Assembly (NCBI GenBank): GCA_050292965.1
Contig: JBNKMF010000011.1
Span: forward strand, 5,010 to 69,009
Origin: Gammaproteobacteria bacterium
GTDB taxonomy: Bacteria > Pseudomonadota > Gammaproteobacteria > GCA-001735895
Direction: 5' to 3'
Length of the DNA stretch: 64,000 nucleotides
Made by a program: the position numbers and the translations under genes. The notes under the pieces are model-generated. The model ran no database searches, was not told the DNA's origin, and saw nothing but the letters and a program-made list of their open reading frames with translations. This document shows, piece after piece, positions 19,556 through 29,706 of this stretch; the first letter of the stretch is position 1, and every line of letters starts with the position of its first letter.

Positions 19556-22500
19556 ATGAATGCTAAAACTCATAAAATTGGACTTTCAACTGCTTTAACA
19601 ATGCTGATACTTTTCACAGGCAACACAGCATTTGCAGCCCCTGGCGTATTGTCTGACGCACCACTTTTTATCACTACTGCTGTTGAACCGAATATATTTT
19701 TCACGCTGGACGATTCTGGCAGCATGGATTGGGAAGCAGTGGTTCCGGACACCGATCTTTTTGATTATTGGTACAATGGTGCCACCCGCTACCACAATTT
19801 GTATCAGGCCTACTACCACCCCGGCTGGTCAGATTATAGATATGATCCTGGCTGGTTTGTTAACACGTACGATTTAAATATTATTCCTCCTGCAGGCTAT
19901 TCAAACAATTCAACCAACCCTTTAGTAAAAAAGTGGTGGGTAATGCAGAACCACAACTTCAATACGACTTATTACAACCCCCTGACTGATTATAAACCCT
20001 GGCCCGGTGTTGACAGTATCGGCAACCCACTTTACCCAGCAGCCAATCCTTATCACGTTTACAGAGACCCCAATAGAAGAGGTACTGGCGATGACTTCGT
20101 AGATCTAACCCAACACTATGACTACTTTGACACCTTAAATGGCGGCTCCTGGCAATTACTCACTGGAATTGCCTACCTGCCCAGCTATTACACCTGGACT
20201 GATGATAATACTGACGGCGTTTTACAGGCCACCGAAGGCCACACTCTGGTAGAAATTACACCTGGAACCCAGACTTACAGTCACCAGGATCAAGATGGAA
20301 ACATTGTTAAAACTCGCAGCGCTACAGATGAGCTACAAAACTTTGCCAACTGGTTTGAATATTACCGCAAACGTGAATTCGCCACAAAGGCAGCTATAGG
20401 CGCCGTTATCACAAAAGCGAGTGGGTCCCGCATGGGATACCGACTCATCAACAATGGTCATAAAATCAATTTAAAAACCATGACGAATGCGACAAGTAAA
20501 CTAGAGCTTCTCCAATCTTTTTACAATATCGACTCTAACGGTGGCACCCCCTTAAGAGGGGCGCTTAAATCAACAGGTGAGATGTTTAAAGCTACCACAT
20601 ATAACAACGGCAAAGTCATTCTCCCTGCCTCTGAAGGTGGAGAATGCCAACAAAATTTTTCTCTGTTAATGACCGATGGCTTCTGGAACGGATATACACC
20701 CTCCTATATCGGAAATACCGATAGAAGCACTGACAGCACAGGGTTTGACGGTGATGAAAATGAATCCAATGATGGCGGCAATTATGAAGATGACGTCTCA
20801 GACACCCTTGCCGATGTCGCAATGAAGTACTATGAAACCGATCTGCGAACAGACTTAGCCAACAAGGTACCTATAACAGAGGGCGTTGATGAGGCCACCC
20901 ACCAGCACATGGTCACCTACACCATCTCATTTGGTGTAAAAGGTACCCTGGATATTGATACCTACGACCCACTTGCCAGCGGATTTTCCTGGCCCAGCCC
21001 CTTCAGCGACCCCACAGATCCTCACAGGATAGATGACTTACTGCATGCTGCTTATAATGGGCGCGGACTTTACCTGAGCGCACAAAACCCAGTTGAACTG
21101 GTATCATCTCTTTCTGCAGCTCTAGCCGACATAGAAGATCGCAGTAGCTCTCAATCTGCTGTATCGGTGAGTTCAGCCGAGATAACCACTGACACTGTTG
21201 TCTATGCTACTGAATTCAATACCAGCGGCTGGCAGGGCAATATATTCGCCTACCCAATTGTTAAAAAAATTGTTAACAATAAAGAGGTGTTTTCAATTGA
21301 TATTCCTACAGAACCTATGGATGCGTTAAATGCCGCTGAAGTACTGGCCTCTCAGGTTAAAAGTGACGGTTTTAATTCTGGCAGAACCATTCTTACCAAA
21401 AATGGTACCAGCGGTGTACCTTTCAAATGGTCCAGTATTTCCAATGAGATGAAAGCGGATCTACGTATTAACTCTGGAGGTACCATAGATTCAGACACTA
21501 CTGCTCAAGCCCGCCTTGACTACTTACGTGGCGACACTTCCAATGAAGGTGCTGGCTTACAATTTCGGCTACGTGCCGAGTTCGCACCAGATCCAGCAAC
21601 CCCCAAGTCAACTGTAACCAATATACTGGGTGACATTGTTCACTCTAGCGCAGTTTATATTGCCAAACCACTGCTGAACTGGCCTGACGATGCACCTTTC
21701 CCGACAGGAGACGAAGCTTATTCAAAATTTAAAGAAAACCATGAATCCAGGGACGGCATGATTTATGTTGGAGCTAACGATGGTATGATTCATGGGTTTT
21801 CAGCATCAGATTTAAAAGAAAAGTTAGCATATGTTCCCAGTAATCTGGTATCTACCGAAACCAATAAAGGGCTGCACTATTTAACTAACCCCAGCTATCA
21901 GCATCGTTATTACAATGACCTGACTCCCTCTTTTTCAGACATTTATATAAATGGAAGCTGGCACACTATCGCTATTTTTGGGCAGGGTGCAGGCGGACGT
22001 GGCTACTCAGCACTTGATATTACAAACCCTGTTTTTAGCGAAGCCACTGCCACTAATACCGTGATGTGGGAGTTTAGTAGTAATGATGATGCAGATCTGG
22101 GCTATACCTTCAGCAAGCCAATTATCGGCCTGGCCAACAATGGTGAGTGGGTTGCAGTTTTTGGTAATGGCTACAACAGTGACGGAAATGGCCAGGCCGC
22201 ATTATTTATAGTTAAAATTAGAGCAGGGCTAGATGGTTCCTGGGATGTTAGCGATTACTGGAAAATCTCTACTGGATCTGGGGATTCCTCCAATCCCAAT
22301 GGCCTGTCGACACCTGCTCTAGCCGACATAAATGGCGATGGAACCATTGATCGGGTTTATGCTGGTGACTTAAGGGGACAAATGTGGGCTTTTGATCTGT
22401 CAGATAATTCTCCTTCTAACTGGCAGTTAGCTCATGGTTCAACTCCCCTGTTTACAACCATCGGTCAACGTCCCATCACCACACAACCATCGTTATCTTT

Positions 22501-23128
22501 ACATCCGTCCATTGACACTGATAGCTCAAATACTCCAAATATTATGTTAGCCTTCGGGACAGGACAATACCTGGTCGATGCGGATAAAAATTCGAGCCAT
22601 GACAACTACTTCTATGGCGTTTGGGATAAGGGGGATGACAGCGCTAATCTAACCGCTAGCAACCTGCAGGAGCAAACCTTTACCAGCTCTAGCCCTCGCA
22701 TATTAACCCGAAACTCAGTTGATTATTTGACTAAATTTGGCTGGTATATCTCCCTTGATATCACCCATGAGCGCTCCGTAACTGACTCCTTTATTCGTGC
22801 TGGCTATGTTTTCTTTAACACCGCTATACCAAGTAGCGATACCTGCCAGTCTGATGCATACGGTTACCGATTTATTGTGGATCTTAAAACAGGGGGAACC
22901 CCGAACGAGCCTGTGATTGACACAGATGGTAATGGCGTGGTGGATAGTAACGATGAGTTAGCAGCAGCCTACGAAATGGGCGGCGATGGCGGCATACCTA
23001 CTGCAGACAAACAAACTCGAGAGCACCTTATTGGTGCTGATGAGGATGGAAAAATAAAAGCGTCACAATTAAAACCCTACCCGCATCGTAAAACAGGTCG
23101 TGTATCCTGGCAGGAGTTATTAAAATGA
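19556..23128 (+). CDS. pilY1: PilY1 tip adhesin / pilus biogenesis factor
   Basis: 1190 aa with a signal peptide. N-terminal vWA MIDAS-like DDSGSMD (19709-19729). C-terminal propeller with the Ca-site-like DINGDGTID (22325-22351). Confidence 0.85.
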   Translation: MNAKTHKIGLSTALTMLILFTGNTAFAAPGVLSDAPLFITTAVEPNIFFTLDDSGSMDWEAVVPDTDLFDYWYNGATRYHNLYQAYYHPGWSDYRYDPGWFVNTYDLNIIPPAGYSNNSTNPLVKKWWVMQNHNFNTTYYNPLTDYKPWPGVDSIGNPLYPAANPYHVYRDPNRRGTGDDFVDLTQHYDYFDTLNGGSWQLLTGIAYLPSYYTWTDDNTDGVLQATEGHTLVEITPGTQTYSHQDQDGNIVKTRSATDELQNFANWFEYYRKREFATKAAIGAVITKASGSRMGYRLINNGHKINLKTMTNATSKLELLQSFYNIDSNGGTPLRGALKSTGEMFKATTYNNGKVILPASEGGECQQNFSLLMTDGFWNGYTPSYIGNTDRSTDSTGFDGDENESNDGGNYEDDVSDTLADVAMKYYETDLRTDLANKVPITEGVDEATHQHMVTYTISFGVKGTLDIDTYDPLASGFSWPSPFSDPTDPHRIDDLLHAAYNGRGLYLSAQNPVELVSSLSAALADIEDRSSSQSAVSVSSAEITTDTVVYATEFNTSGWQGNIFAYPIVKKIVNNKEVFSIDIPTEPMDALNAAEVLASQVKSDGFNSGRTILTKNGTSGVPFKWSSISNEMKADLRINSGGTIDSDTTAQARLDYLRGDTSNEGAGLQFRLRAEFAPDPATPKSTVTNILGDIVHSSAVYIAKPLLNWPDDAPFPTGDEAYSKFKENHESRDGMIYVGANDGMIHGFSASDLKEKLAYVPSNLVSTETNKGLHYLTNPSYQHRYYNDLTPSFSDIYINGSWHTIAIFGQGAGGRGYSALDITNPVFSEATATNTVMWEFSSNDDADLGYTFSKPIIGLANNGEWVAVFGNGYNSDGNGQAALFIVKIRAGLDGSWDVSDYWKISTGSGDSSNPNGLSTPALADINGDGTIDRVYAGDLRGQMWAFDLSDNSPSNWQLAHGSTPLFTTIGQRPITTQPSLSLHPSIDTDSSNTPNIMLAFGTGQYLVDADKNSSHDNYFYGVWDKGDDSANLTASNLQEQTFTSSSPRILTRNSVDYLTKFGWYISLDITHERSVTDSFIRAGYVFFNTAIPSSDTCQSDAYGYRFIVDLKTGGTPNEPVIDTDGNGVVDSNDELAAAYEMGGDGGIPTADKQTREHLIGADEDGKIKASQLKPYPHRKTGRVSWQELLK

Positions 23129-23430
23129 TCACTACAACCAAACAATTAACAAAATACTGGATACTTTCTGTGCTACTACTTGTATCTAATCCATCATGGT
23201 CACAGGAGGAGTTTAATGCTAACGCAAGAGTTCGACTCGAAGACGTAGGGCCAAATTTTATTATTATTAGAGATACCAGACATGCTACATTTTCAACAGT
23301 CAAGGTATTTCTTCCCAACAATAAACCTGGCCGAATGCAGGATCTAAAAAAAGGTGATTTTGTCAACGTAACTCTACTAAAAGTTGGAAAAGTTGAGTAC
23401 GCTGACACCATACGTTTACTGCCTAAGTAA
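23125..23430 (+). CDS. Small secreted protein in the position occupied by pilY2 in Pseudomonas
   Basis: 101 aa with a signal peptide. ATGA overlap with the pilY1 stop. No recognisable motif. Confidence 0.45.
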   Translation: MITTTKQLTKYWILSVLLLVSNPSWSQEEFNANARVRLEDVGPNFIIIRDTRHATFSTVKVFLPNNKPGRMQDLKKGDFVNVTLLKVGKVEYADTIRLLPK

Positions 23431-23605
23431 TATCTGAACCCGTGCTTTCAGGGCGAGTTCATGGCGTAAGAGATTGATTTCACGGTGGAGTTAAAAAATC
23501 TTAGCTTCACCTATAACCTTCATGGAATCAGTAACTTGCGTCAGGGACCGACATAAAGCTACGGATTCAGATAATAGTTAAAATATGATAAAACAGAGGC
23601 AAATC

Positions 23606-24013
23606 ATGAAATATAATAATGCTCAAAAAGGCTTCACCTTAATCGAAGTAGTAATTGTCATTGCAATTATTGGCATTCTTGGAGCAGTTGCCATGAGTGC
23701 TTATAGCGATTATATATTGAAAGCAAAATGTACAGAAGGGCGTGATGCTTTACTTTCAGCCGCTGCTTCTTTAGATAAATGCAAATCGCTTTATGGCGTA
23801 TATAATAGTGGAAACTGCAAAAATATAGATAACTTTTTAGGCCCCACAAAGAATGGCTACTTTGATGTTCAAAAGACAATATTTACTGACAAAACCTTTA
23901 CTCTAACTGCCTCTGGTCAAACTATTATGGCAGCAGCTAATAATAAATACTGCCCTACTATTACGCTTAATCACTTAGGCGTGCAAGGTGGAACAGGGGA
24001 AGAACCCTGGTAA
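23606..24013 (+). CDS. pilE: Type IV minor pilin PilE
   Basis: Start at the ATG at 23606 (AGAGG upstream). [29 protein letters not shown] plus Cys pairs. Confidence 0.8.
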   Translation: MKYNNAQKGFTLIEVVIVIAIIGILGAVAMSAYSDYILKAKCTEGRDALLSAAASLDKCKSLYGVYNSGNCKNIDNFLGPTKNGYFDVQKTIFTDKTFTLTASGQTIMAAANNKYCPTITLNHLGVQGGTGEEPW

Positions 24014-24038
24014 TTCAATACAGGCATTCCTTTCTAAA

Positions 24039-24070
24039 AGGGCTCTGATATAATCAGCAGCCCTTTTTTT
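24039..24070 (+). terminator. Rho-independent terminator after pilE
   Basis: GGGCTCTGAT…ATCAGCAGCCC stem followed by T7. Confidence 0.6.
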
Positions 24071-24083
24071 ATGCCAAAACCTA

Positions 24084-25127
24084 ATGACTCGAAAAGCTGT
24101 TGCTCTTATATCCGGTGGACTGGACTCTTTACTCGCCGCTAAAGTTATCCAGCAACAGGGAGTGCACGTTGAAGGGATCAACTTCTTTACAGGCTTTTGT
24201 GTAGAGGGGCATACCCATGCCATCCGTAAACAGGACAAGGCAAAACCTAAACGCAATAATGCACTCTGGGTCGCGGAGCAACTCGGCATCAAATTGCACA
24301 TTATCGATATCGTTGAAGAATATAAGGATGTGGTGATCAATCCCAGTCATGGTTATGGAGCTAATTTGAACCCCTGCCTTGATTGCAAAATATTCATGGT
24401 AAAAAAAGCTCAGCAGTGGATTGAAAAAAACAACTTCGACTTTATCATCACTGGTGAAGTTATTGGGCAAAGACCCATGTCCCAGCGTAAGGATACCATG
24501 CCAATAATTTCCAATGAATCCGGTGCCGACGACCGTTTGCTGCGACCATTATGCGCTCTTAACCTGCCTCCAACCCTGCCTGAAAGAGAAAAGTGGGTTG
24601 AGCGCGAACAATTACATGGCTTTTCAGGAAGATCTCGTAAACCTCAAATAGAGCTTGCTGCAAAATTTGGATTTGAGGATTACGCTCAACCGGCAGGCGG
24701 TTGCTGTTTTCTAACCGATGAAAACTACTCAGTACGATTACAGGATCTTTGGGATAACCGAGGACAGAAAAAATATGACCTCGACGACATTATGCTACTT
24801 AAGGTAGGTCGGCATATCAGACCAGAGGCTGGATTTAAACTCATTATCGCGCGCGAAGAAGGTGAAACCCTTTTTTTAAGCGGATACAGGAATCAGTTCC
24901 AGGCGATAAAAACCATCAGCCATAGCGGCCCACTCGCACTGGTTGAAGGCGAAATGCTCAATCCGCAACAGATTGAACTGGCCTGCGCCATTGTTGCCCG
25001 CTTTAGCAAGGGTAAGAATGCCGATCAGGTAGAGCTTAGCTATAGTGCACCCAAAACCGATCCGATTTTTATTAAAGTAAAAGCGTTAGCAGCTCACCAG
25101 ATGCCGCAAAGCTGGTATCTTGTTTAA
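24084..25127 (+). CDS. PP-loop ATP pyrophosphatase, ThiI/TtuA/MnmA-like putative tRNA sulfurtransferase
   Basis: N-terminal SGGLDS PP-loop. Cys motifs CLDC and GGCCF. No THUMP or rhodanese domain is evident. Confidence 0.6.
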   Translation: MTRKAVALISGGLDSLLAAKVIQQQGVHVEGINFFTGFCVEGHTHAIRKQDKAKPKRNNALWVAEQLGIKLHIIDIVEEYKDVVINPSHGYGANLNPCLDCKIFMVKKAQQWIEKNNFDFIITGEVIGQRPMSQRKDTMPIISNESGADDRLLRPLCALNLPPTLPEREKWVEREQLHGFSGRSRKPQIELAAKFGFEDYAQPAGGCCFLTDENYSVRLQDLWDNRGQKKYDLDDIMLLKVGRHIRPEAGFKLIIAREEGETLFLSGYRNQFQAIKTISHSGPLALVEGEMLNPQQIELACAIVARFSKGKNADQVELSYSAPKTDPIFIKVKALAAHQMPQSWYLV

Positions 25128-25455
25128 CCTGGGTTCCACAGTTGACCGCTAATTTCTAACGCAAGTTATTGATATGTTAAACCAATTAATGATTTTTCTT
25201 TTCACCCACCGGGTTTTCAGCATAGATGCTGTTATTTCGCGAAAGCATGGATACATAGAAGCATGAACCCAATAACACTACCAGCATTTGTGAAAAACCC
25301 CAGCACACCCTGCTGCGTCGCCTACACGGATGTAGTTGAGGGACGTGAGCAGGATGCGGGTAGCCTGGCCATTCTTGTTAAGGGAGTAGCCATTAACGGC
25401 AAACGACGACTCGCAGGGATTTCCCACAAATCCATGTTCAACTGCAGATTCCAGG
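25128..25455. mobile_element. MITE, 328 bp, diverged mosaic copy
   Basis: Termini CCTGGGTTCCACAGTTGACCG and reverse-complement CCTGGAATCTGCAGTTGAAC. Perfect TTTAA direct repeats at 25123-25127 and 25456-25460. Shares an internal module with the 33231 copy. Confidence 0.75.
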
Positions 25456-25465
25456 TTTAAATGAT

Positions 25466-25696
25466 ATGACGATTCAAGTTGACGCACGACGCTTACTTTG
25501 CCCCATGCCAGTGATCCGCCTTCAGGATGCGGTCAATCAGGCGGAGATTGGCGACATCATCGAAATTACCTGCACTGACCCCGGTGTAAAAAACGATATT
25601 CCAGCCTGGTGCCGCATCAATGGGCAGCAACTGGAAAATATCACTGATGGCGATTACGAAATCATTATTAGCGTGAGAAAATGTAACGATGATTGA
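25466..25696 (+). CDS. tusA: TusA/SirA-family sulfur-carrier protein
   Basis: 76 aa with the active-site context LLCPMPVIRL (CPxP). Confidence 0.8.
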   Translation: MTIQVDARRLLCPMPVIRLQDAVNQAEIGDIIEITCTDPGVKNDIPAWCRINGQQLENITDGDYEIIISVRKCNDD

Positions 25697-26816
25697 TAAG
25701 CGTCATACCGTCATCAAACGTGTGACCTATGCTGGTATTCTGGTCAACATACTGCTTTCTGCAGCACAGATAGTATCTGGTTTTTTTGCTAATAGTCAGG
25801 CATTGATCGCTGATGGGATACACACCCTGGCCGACTTATTGAGTGATTTTGTCGTACTATTTACCGCTCAACATGCCTCCAAGGCAGCCGATGAAGACCA
25901 TCCTTATGGCCATGGACGGTTCGAAACACTGACATCAATCTTCCTCGGTATTGCTCTGGTTGCAGTAGCTCTGGGTATAGGCTACCGAGGCATTCTTTCC
26001 ATCGCGAACCCATCACCTTATGTAGTAGAACCCTACGCGCTCTTTTTCGCTTTTTTAGCGATATTGAGTAAAGAATTTCTCTATCGCTACACCATAAAAG
26101 CCGCCCGGGAAATTAAATCTACACTACTCGAAAGTAATGCCCTGCATCACCGCTCTGATGTTTTTTCTTCCATCGTAGTTGTCGCGGGCGTAGGCGCTCA
26201 ATTATTTGGGGCTCAACACATGGATGCCCTGGCCGCAATTATTGTTGCAGTGATGATTTCTCTGATGGGACTACACCTGGTTAAAAAATCTTTTGCCGAA
26301 TTAATCGACACCAGCCTTGATCAGGAATTACTTGATAAGGTTAAGCAGCACATTTTGAATACAGGTGGCGTTGTAGCAATACACAGCCTTCGCTCTCGAT
26401 CAATGGGCGGCATGGGTTATATCGATACTGAAATACGTGTAAACCCCAGACTGAGCGTGTCTGAAGCTCATTACATATCGCTGCATTTAGAGCAGTCGGT
26501 AAAAAAAACCTTCAACGAAATCTCAGATATAACAGTTCACATAGATCCAGTCGCAGACATTGATCACGATAGCATCGTAAAATTACCCTCGCGCTCAGAA
26601 CTATTGTTTTCACTTTTCTCATCCTGGGAAAGCATCGAAGGCTCGGATAAGATTCTCAATATTCATCTTCATTACTTAAGCGACCAGGTTGAAATCGACA
26701 TTATCCTACCGATCAGCATGGCCTGCGGAGAAGATCAGTCACTGGCAACAAACTTGATTGAAGCCGCTAATCACTTAAATTTTATCGGAAAAATCAACAC
26801 CTACTACGCGCAATAA
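25689..26816 (+). CDS. Cation-diffusion-facilitator (CDF) metal efflux transporter
   Basis: Six TM helices with HTLADLLSD and HHRSDVFSS metal-site motifs, plus a C-terminal cytoplasmic domain. The start overlaps the tusA stop (ATGATTGA). Confidence 0.8.
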   Translation: MIDKRHTVIKRVTYAGILVNILLSAAQIVSGFFANSQALIADGIHTLADLLSDFVVLFTAQHASKAADEDHPYGHGRFETLTSIFLGIALVAVALGIGYRGILSIANPSPYVVEPYALFFAFLAILSKEFLYRYTIKAAREIKSTLLESNALHHRSDVFSSIVVVAGVGAQLFGAQHMDALAAIIVAVMISLMGLHLVKKSFAELIDTSLDQELLDKVKQHILNTGGVVAIHSLRSRSMGGMGYIDTEIRVNPRLSVSEAHYISLHLEQSVKKTFNEISDITVHIDPVADIDHDSIVKLPSRSELLFSLFSSWESIEGSDKILNIHLHYLSDQVEIDIILPISMACGEDQSLATNLIEAANHLNFIGKINTYYAQ

Positions 26817-27005
26817 CAGTGCACAGAAATCGCTTTAGCCTTATATTGGTGCATATTGCTATTTTAGTGCATCTGTTGCTCAAGTATTCACTGTTAACAA
26901 TTGGCTAGCTTTGATTTATCTGTACAATGCGTACTGTTTTAATCGCTTTATGAGCGGTTTAATCCTTATCAATTTTCTTACCTGAACTCTTTGGAGGATA
27001 ACTAC

Positions 27006-28415
27006 ATGTCACCAGCTGACGTAATCAACATGATCAATGAACAGGGCGTTAAATTTGTCGATTTACGCTTTACAGACACCCATGGAAAAGAACAACACGT
27101 AACCGTTCCTGCACACATACTCGATGAAGACATGTTTACCGAAGGAAAAATGTTCGATGGCTCATCTATCGCTGGCTGGAAAGGCATCAACGAATCAGAC
27201 ATGATCATGCGCCTGGATGCTTCAACCGCCGTACTTGACCCATTTACTGATGAAGCTACTGTTAACATTACCTGCGACATTCTAGAGCCCTCCACTGGTG
27301 AAGGTTACGAGCGTGACCCTCGCTCAATCGCAAAACGCGCAGAAGCCTACCTGAATGCTTCTGGTATTGGTGATACCGCTTACTTCGGCCCTGAAAACGA
27401 ATTTTTCGTATTTGACGACGTTAAATGGGGCAATGAAATGGGCCATGTTTTCTATCAGGTCGACTCGCAGGAATCCGCATGGAATACTTCAAAGCACTAT
27501 GCTGAAGGCAACATGGGCCACCGTCCTGGCGTAAAAGGTGGTTATTTCCCAGTTCCTCCTGTTGATTCGTTACACGACCTACGTTCCGCTATGTGTCTGG
27601 CCATTGAAGAAATGGGGCAGAAAGTTGAAGTTCATCACCACGAAGTAGCGACTGCTGGACAGTGCGAAATAGGTGTATCTTTCAATACTCTGGTGAAAAA
27701 AGCAGACGAAGTACAGACTCTAAAATACTGCGTTCATAACGTCGCGCATAGCTATGGCAAGACCGCCACATTCATGCCTAAGCCACTGGTTGGCGACAAT
27801 GGTAACGGTATGCACGTTCACGTATCAATCGCCAAAGGTGGCGAAAACCTGTTCTCTGGTGACGAATACGGCGGTTTATCTGAGACTGCACTATTTTTCA
27901 TCGGCGGCGTTATCAAACACGCTAAAGCCATTAACGCTTTTGCCAATGCCTCTACCAACAGCTACAAGCGACTGGTTCCAGGATTCGAAGCTCCTGTTAT
28001 GCTGGCCTATTCGGCTCGCAACCGTTCTGCGTCAATCCGTATTCCTTTCGTTAGCAGCCCTAAGGGACGCCGCATCGAAGTTCGTTTCCCTGACTCCACA
28101 GCCAACCCTTACCTGGCCTTCTCAGCCATTCTGATGGCTGGCCTTGATGGAATCAAAAACAAAATGCACCCTGGCGAAGCGATGGATAAAGATCTATATG
28201 ACCTGCCTGCTGAAGAAGAAAAGGCCATACCACAGGTTGCTTTCTCTTTTGACGAAGCACTCAAAGCACTGGACGCTGACCGCGACTTCCTGAAAGAAGG
28301 TGGCGTTTTCACTGATGATGTTATCGATGGCTACATCGATCTTAAGAATGAAGAAGTACAGGCTGTGAGACTGGCCACCAACCCTGTTGAATTTGATCTG
28401 TACTACAGCGTATAA
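27006..28415 (+). CDS. glnA: Glutamine synthetase type I
   Basis: Start at the ATG at 27006 (GGAGG upstream). GNGMHVHVS, an adenylylation-site-like KDLYDLP, and NPYL motifs. Confidence 0.95.
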   Translation: MSPADVINMINEQGVKFVDLRFTDTHGKEQHVTVPAHILDEDMFTEGKMFDGSSIAGWKGINESDMIMRLDASTAVLDPFTDEATVNITCDILEPSTGEGYERDPRSIAKRAEAYLNASGIGDTAYFGPENEFFVFDDVKWGNEMGHVFYQVDSQESAWNTSKHYAEGNMGHRPGVKGGYFPVPPVDSLHDLRSAMCLAIEEMGQKVEVHHHEVATAGQCEIGVSFNTLVKKADEVQTLKYCVHNVAHSYGKTATFMPKPLVGDNGNGMHVHVSIAKGGENLFSGDEYGGLSETALFFIGGVIKHAKAINAFANASTNSYKRLVPGFEAPVMLAYSARNRSASIRIPFVSSPKGRRIEVRFPDSTANPYLAFSAILMAGLDGIKNKMHPGEAMDKDLYDLPAEEEKAIPQVAFSFDEALKALDADRDFLKEGGVFTDDVIDGYIDLKNEEVQAVRLATNPVEFDLYYSV

Positions 28416-28440
28416 ATCAAACACTCAACTTCGGTTATAC

Positions 28441-28467
28441 AAAGGCCCCGCAAAGGGGCCTTTTTTT
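28441..28467 (+). terminator. Rho-independent terminator after glnA
   Basis: AAAGGCCCC-GCAAA-GGGGCCTTT followed by a T-run. Confidence 0.8.
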
Positions 28468-28629
28468 ATCCTGCATTCAGCCCCAAAATCGCCTCCTAAC
28501 TTTGCTTACTGCTTTGCGCACTGTTTTTGGGCATAATCATTGATACAATACGATAGACTGACTCCTGAAAAGAGCCACATAACTGTCTTTGCTCACCTTT
28601 TAATTATTGGTCAAATAATTGCATAATCT

Positions 28630-29706
28630 ATGCCCATGTCCTTAATCAGCTCAAACAAAATTCTCGACTATCTAGATAGCACTATCATCTGCATGAATTC
28701 GAATCTACAAATTAAACAAGTTAACGCCACTGCCGAAGTTTTTTTCGACACCAGTGAAAGCGTGTTACTTGATAAAAAATTCTCAGATTTGCTGAGCAAA
28801 AAAGAAACGAACTCTATCCAGTCTTCGCTAGAATTTAGCGCTGCAAACAATCATCAGGTTACCGAACACGAGGCCGTACTTACCCTGAGCAATGGAAAAC
28901 TTATTTCCTGCGACTATTCGATTCACCCCATCATAGAACTTGATTCGCTTAATTTGCTGCTGGAAATTCGACCGTTGGATCGACATCTGGAAATAGCTCA
29001 GGAAGGGCAGCGTATAGCTCAGCAGCTAGCCAGCCAACAACTGGCTCGAGGCATGGCTCACGAGATAAAAAACCCTCTCGGCGGCATTAGAGGGGCCGCT
29101 CAACTTCTCGAAAGGGAAATCAACAATCCAGAACTTAAAGAATACACCGATGTCATCATTCATGAAGTTGACCGACTTCAGGTACTACTCAATAGCATGC
29201 TGGGACCGAACCGGAAAATAACCAAGGCCCCTGTCAATATCCTTGAAGTTCTGGAACACGTAAGCAGCGTGGTACTTGCCGAGTTTACACACAATCTGGA
29301 AATTATTCGCGACTATGACCCCAGTCTCCCTGATATCTACGCTGATAAAAACCAGCTAATACAGGCCTTCCTGAATATTGTGAGAAATGCAGCGCAGTCT
29401 GTTGCCGACCAGGAGCGAGGAACTATAACCCTCAGAACCCGAGTTTCACGTCAGCACACGATTTTAAATAAGCGGCACAAACTTGTGATGCAAATTGACG
29501 TCATAGATAACGGACCGGGTATCTCGCCAGAATTAATTGAGAACATTTTTTTACCGATGGTGACCGATAAAGCCGATGGCTCGGGCTTAGGTCTACCCAT
29601 CGCACAACAAATTATTACCGGCCACGAAGGCATTATTCAGTGCAACAGCTCAAGTGGCTCGACCGAATTTAATACATTATTACCTTTAGAGGCAGAACAT
29701 GAGTAA
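28630..29706 (+). CDS. ntrB: Nitrogen-regulation sensor kinase NtrB
   Basis: PAS-like N-terminus, H-box AHEIKNPLGGIRGAAQLL, HATPase N/G boxes. Follows glnA. Confidence 0.9.
   Translation: MPMSLISSNKILDYLDSTIICMNSNLQIKQVNATAEVFFDTSESVLLDKKFSDLLSKKETNSIQSSLEFSAANNHQVTEHEAVLTLSNGKLISCDYSIHPIIELDSLNLLLEIRPLDRHLEIAQEGQRIAQQLASQQLARGMAHEIKNPLGGIRGAAQLLEREINNPELKEYTDVIIHEVDRLQVLLNSMLGPNRKITKAPVNILEVLEHVSSVVLAEFTHNLEIIRDYDPSLPDIYADKNQLIQAFLNIVRNAAQSVADQERGTITLRTRVSRQHTILNKRHKLVMQIDVIDNGPGISPELIENIFLPMVTDKADGSGLGLPIAQQIITGHEGIIQCNSSSGSTEFNTLLPLEAEHE

Noticed and set aside
26819-26871. Sigma54 promoter and NtrC sites for glnA
   Set aside because: GTGCACAGAAATCGCTT resembles TGGCAC-N5-TTGCW, but the -24 GG is TG. 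The GGTGCA/AGTGCA half-sites (26848-26853, 26866-26871) lie downstream rather than upstream of it. I found no correctly spaced GG/GC element nearer to glnA. Nitrogen-regulated control is plausible, but the promoter cannot be placed from sequence alone.
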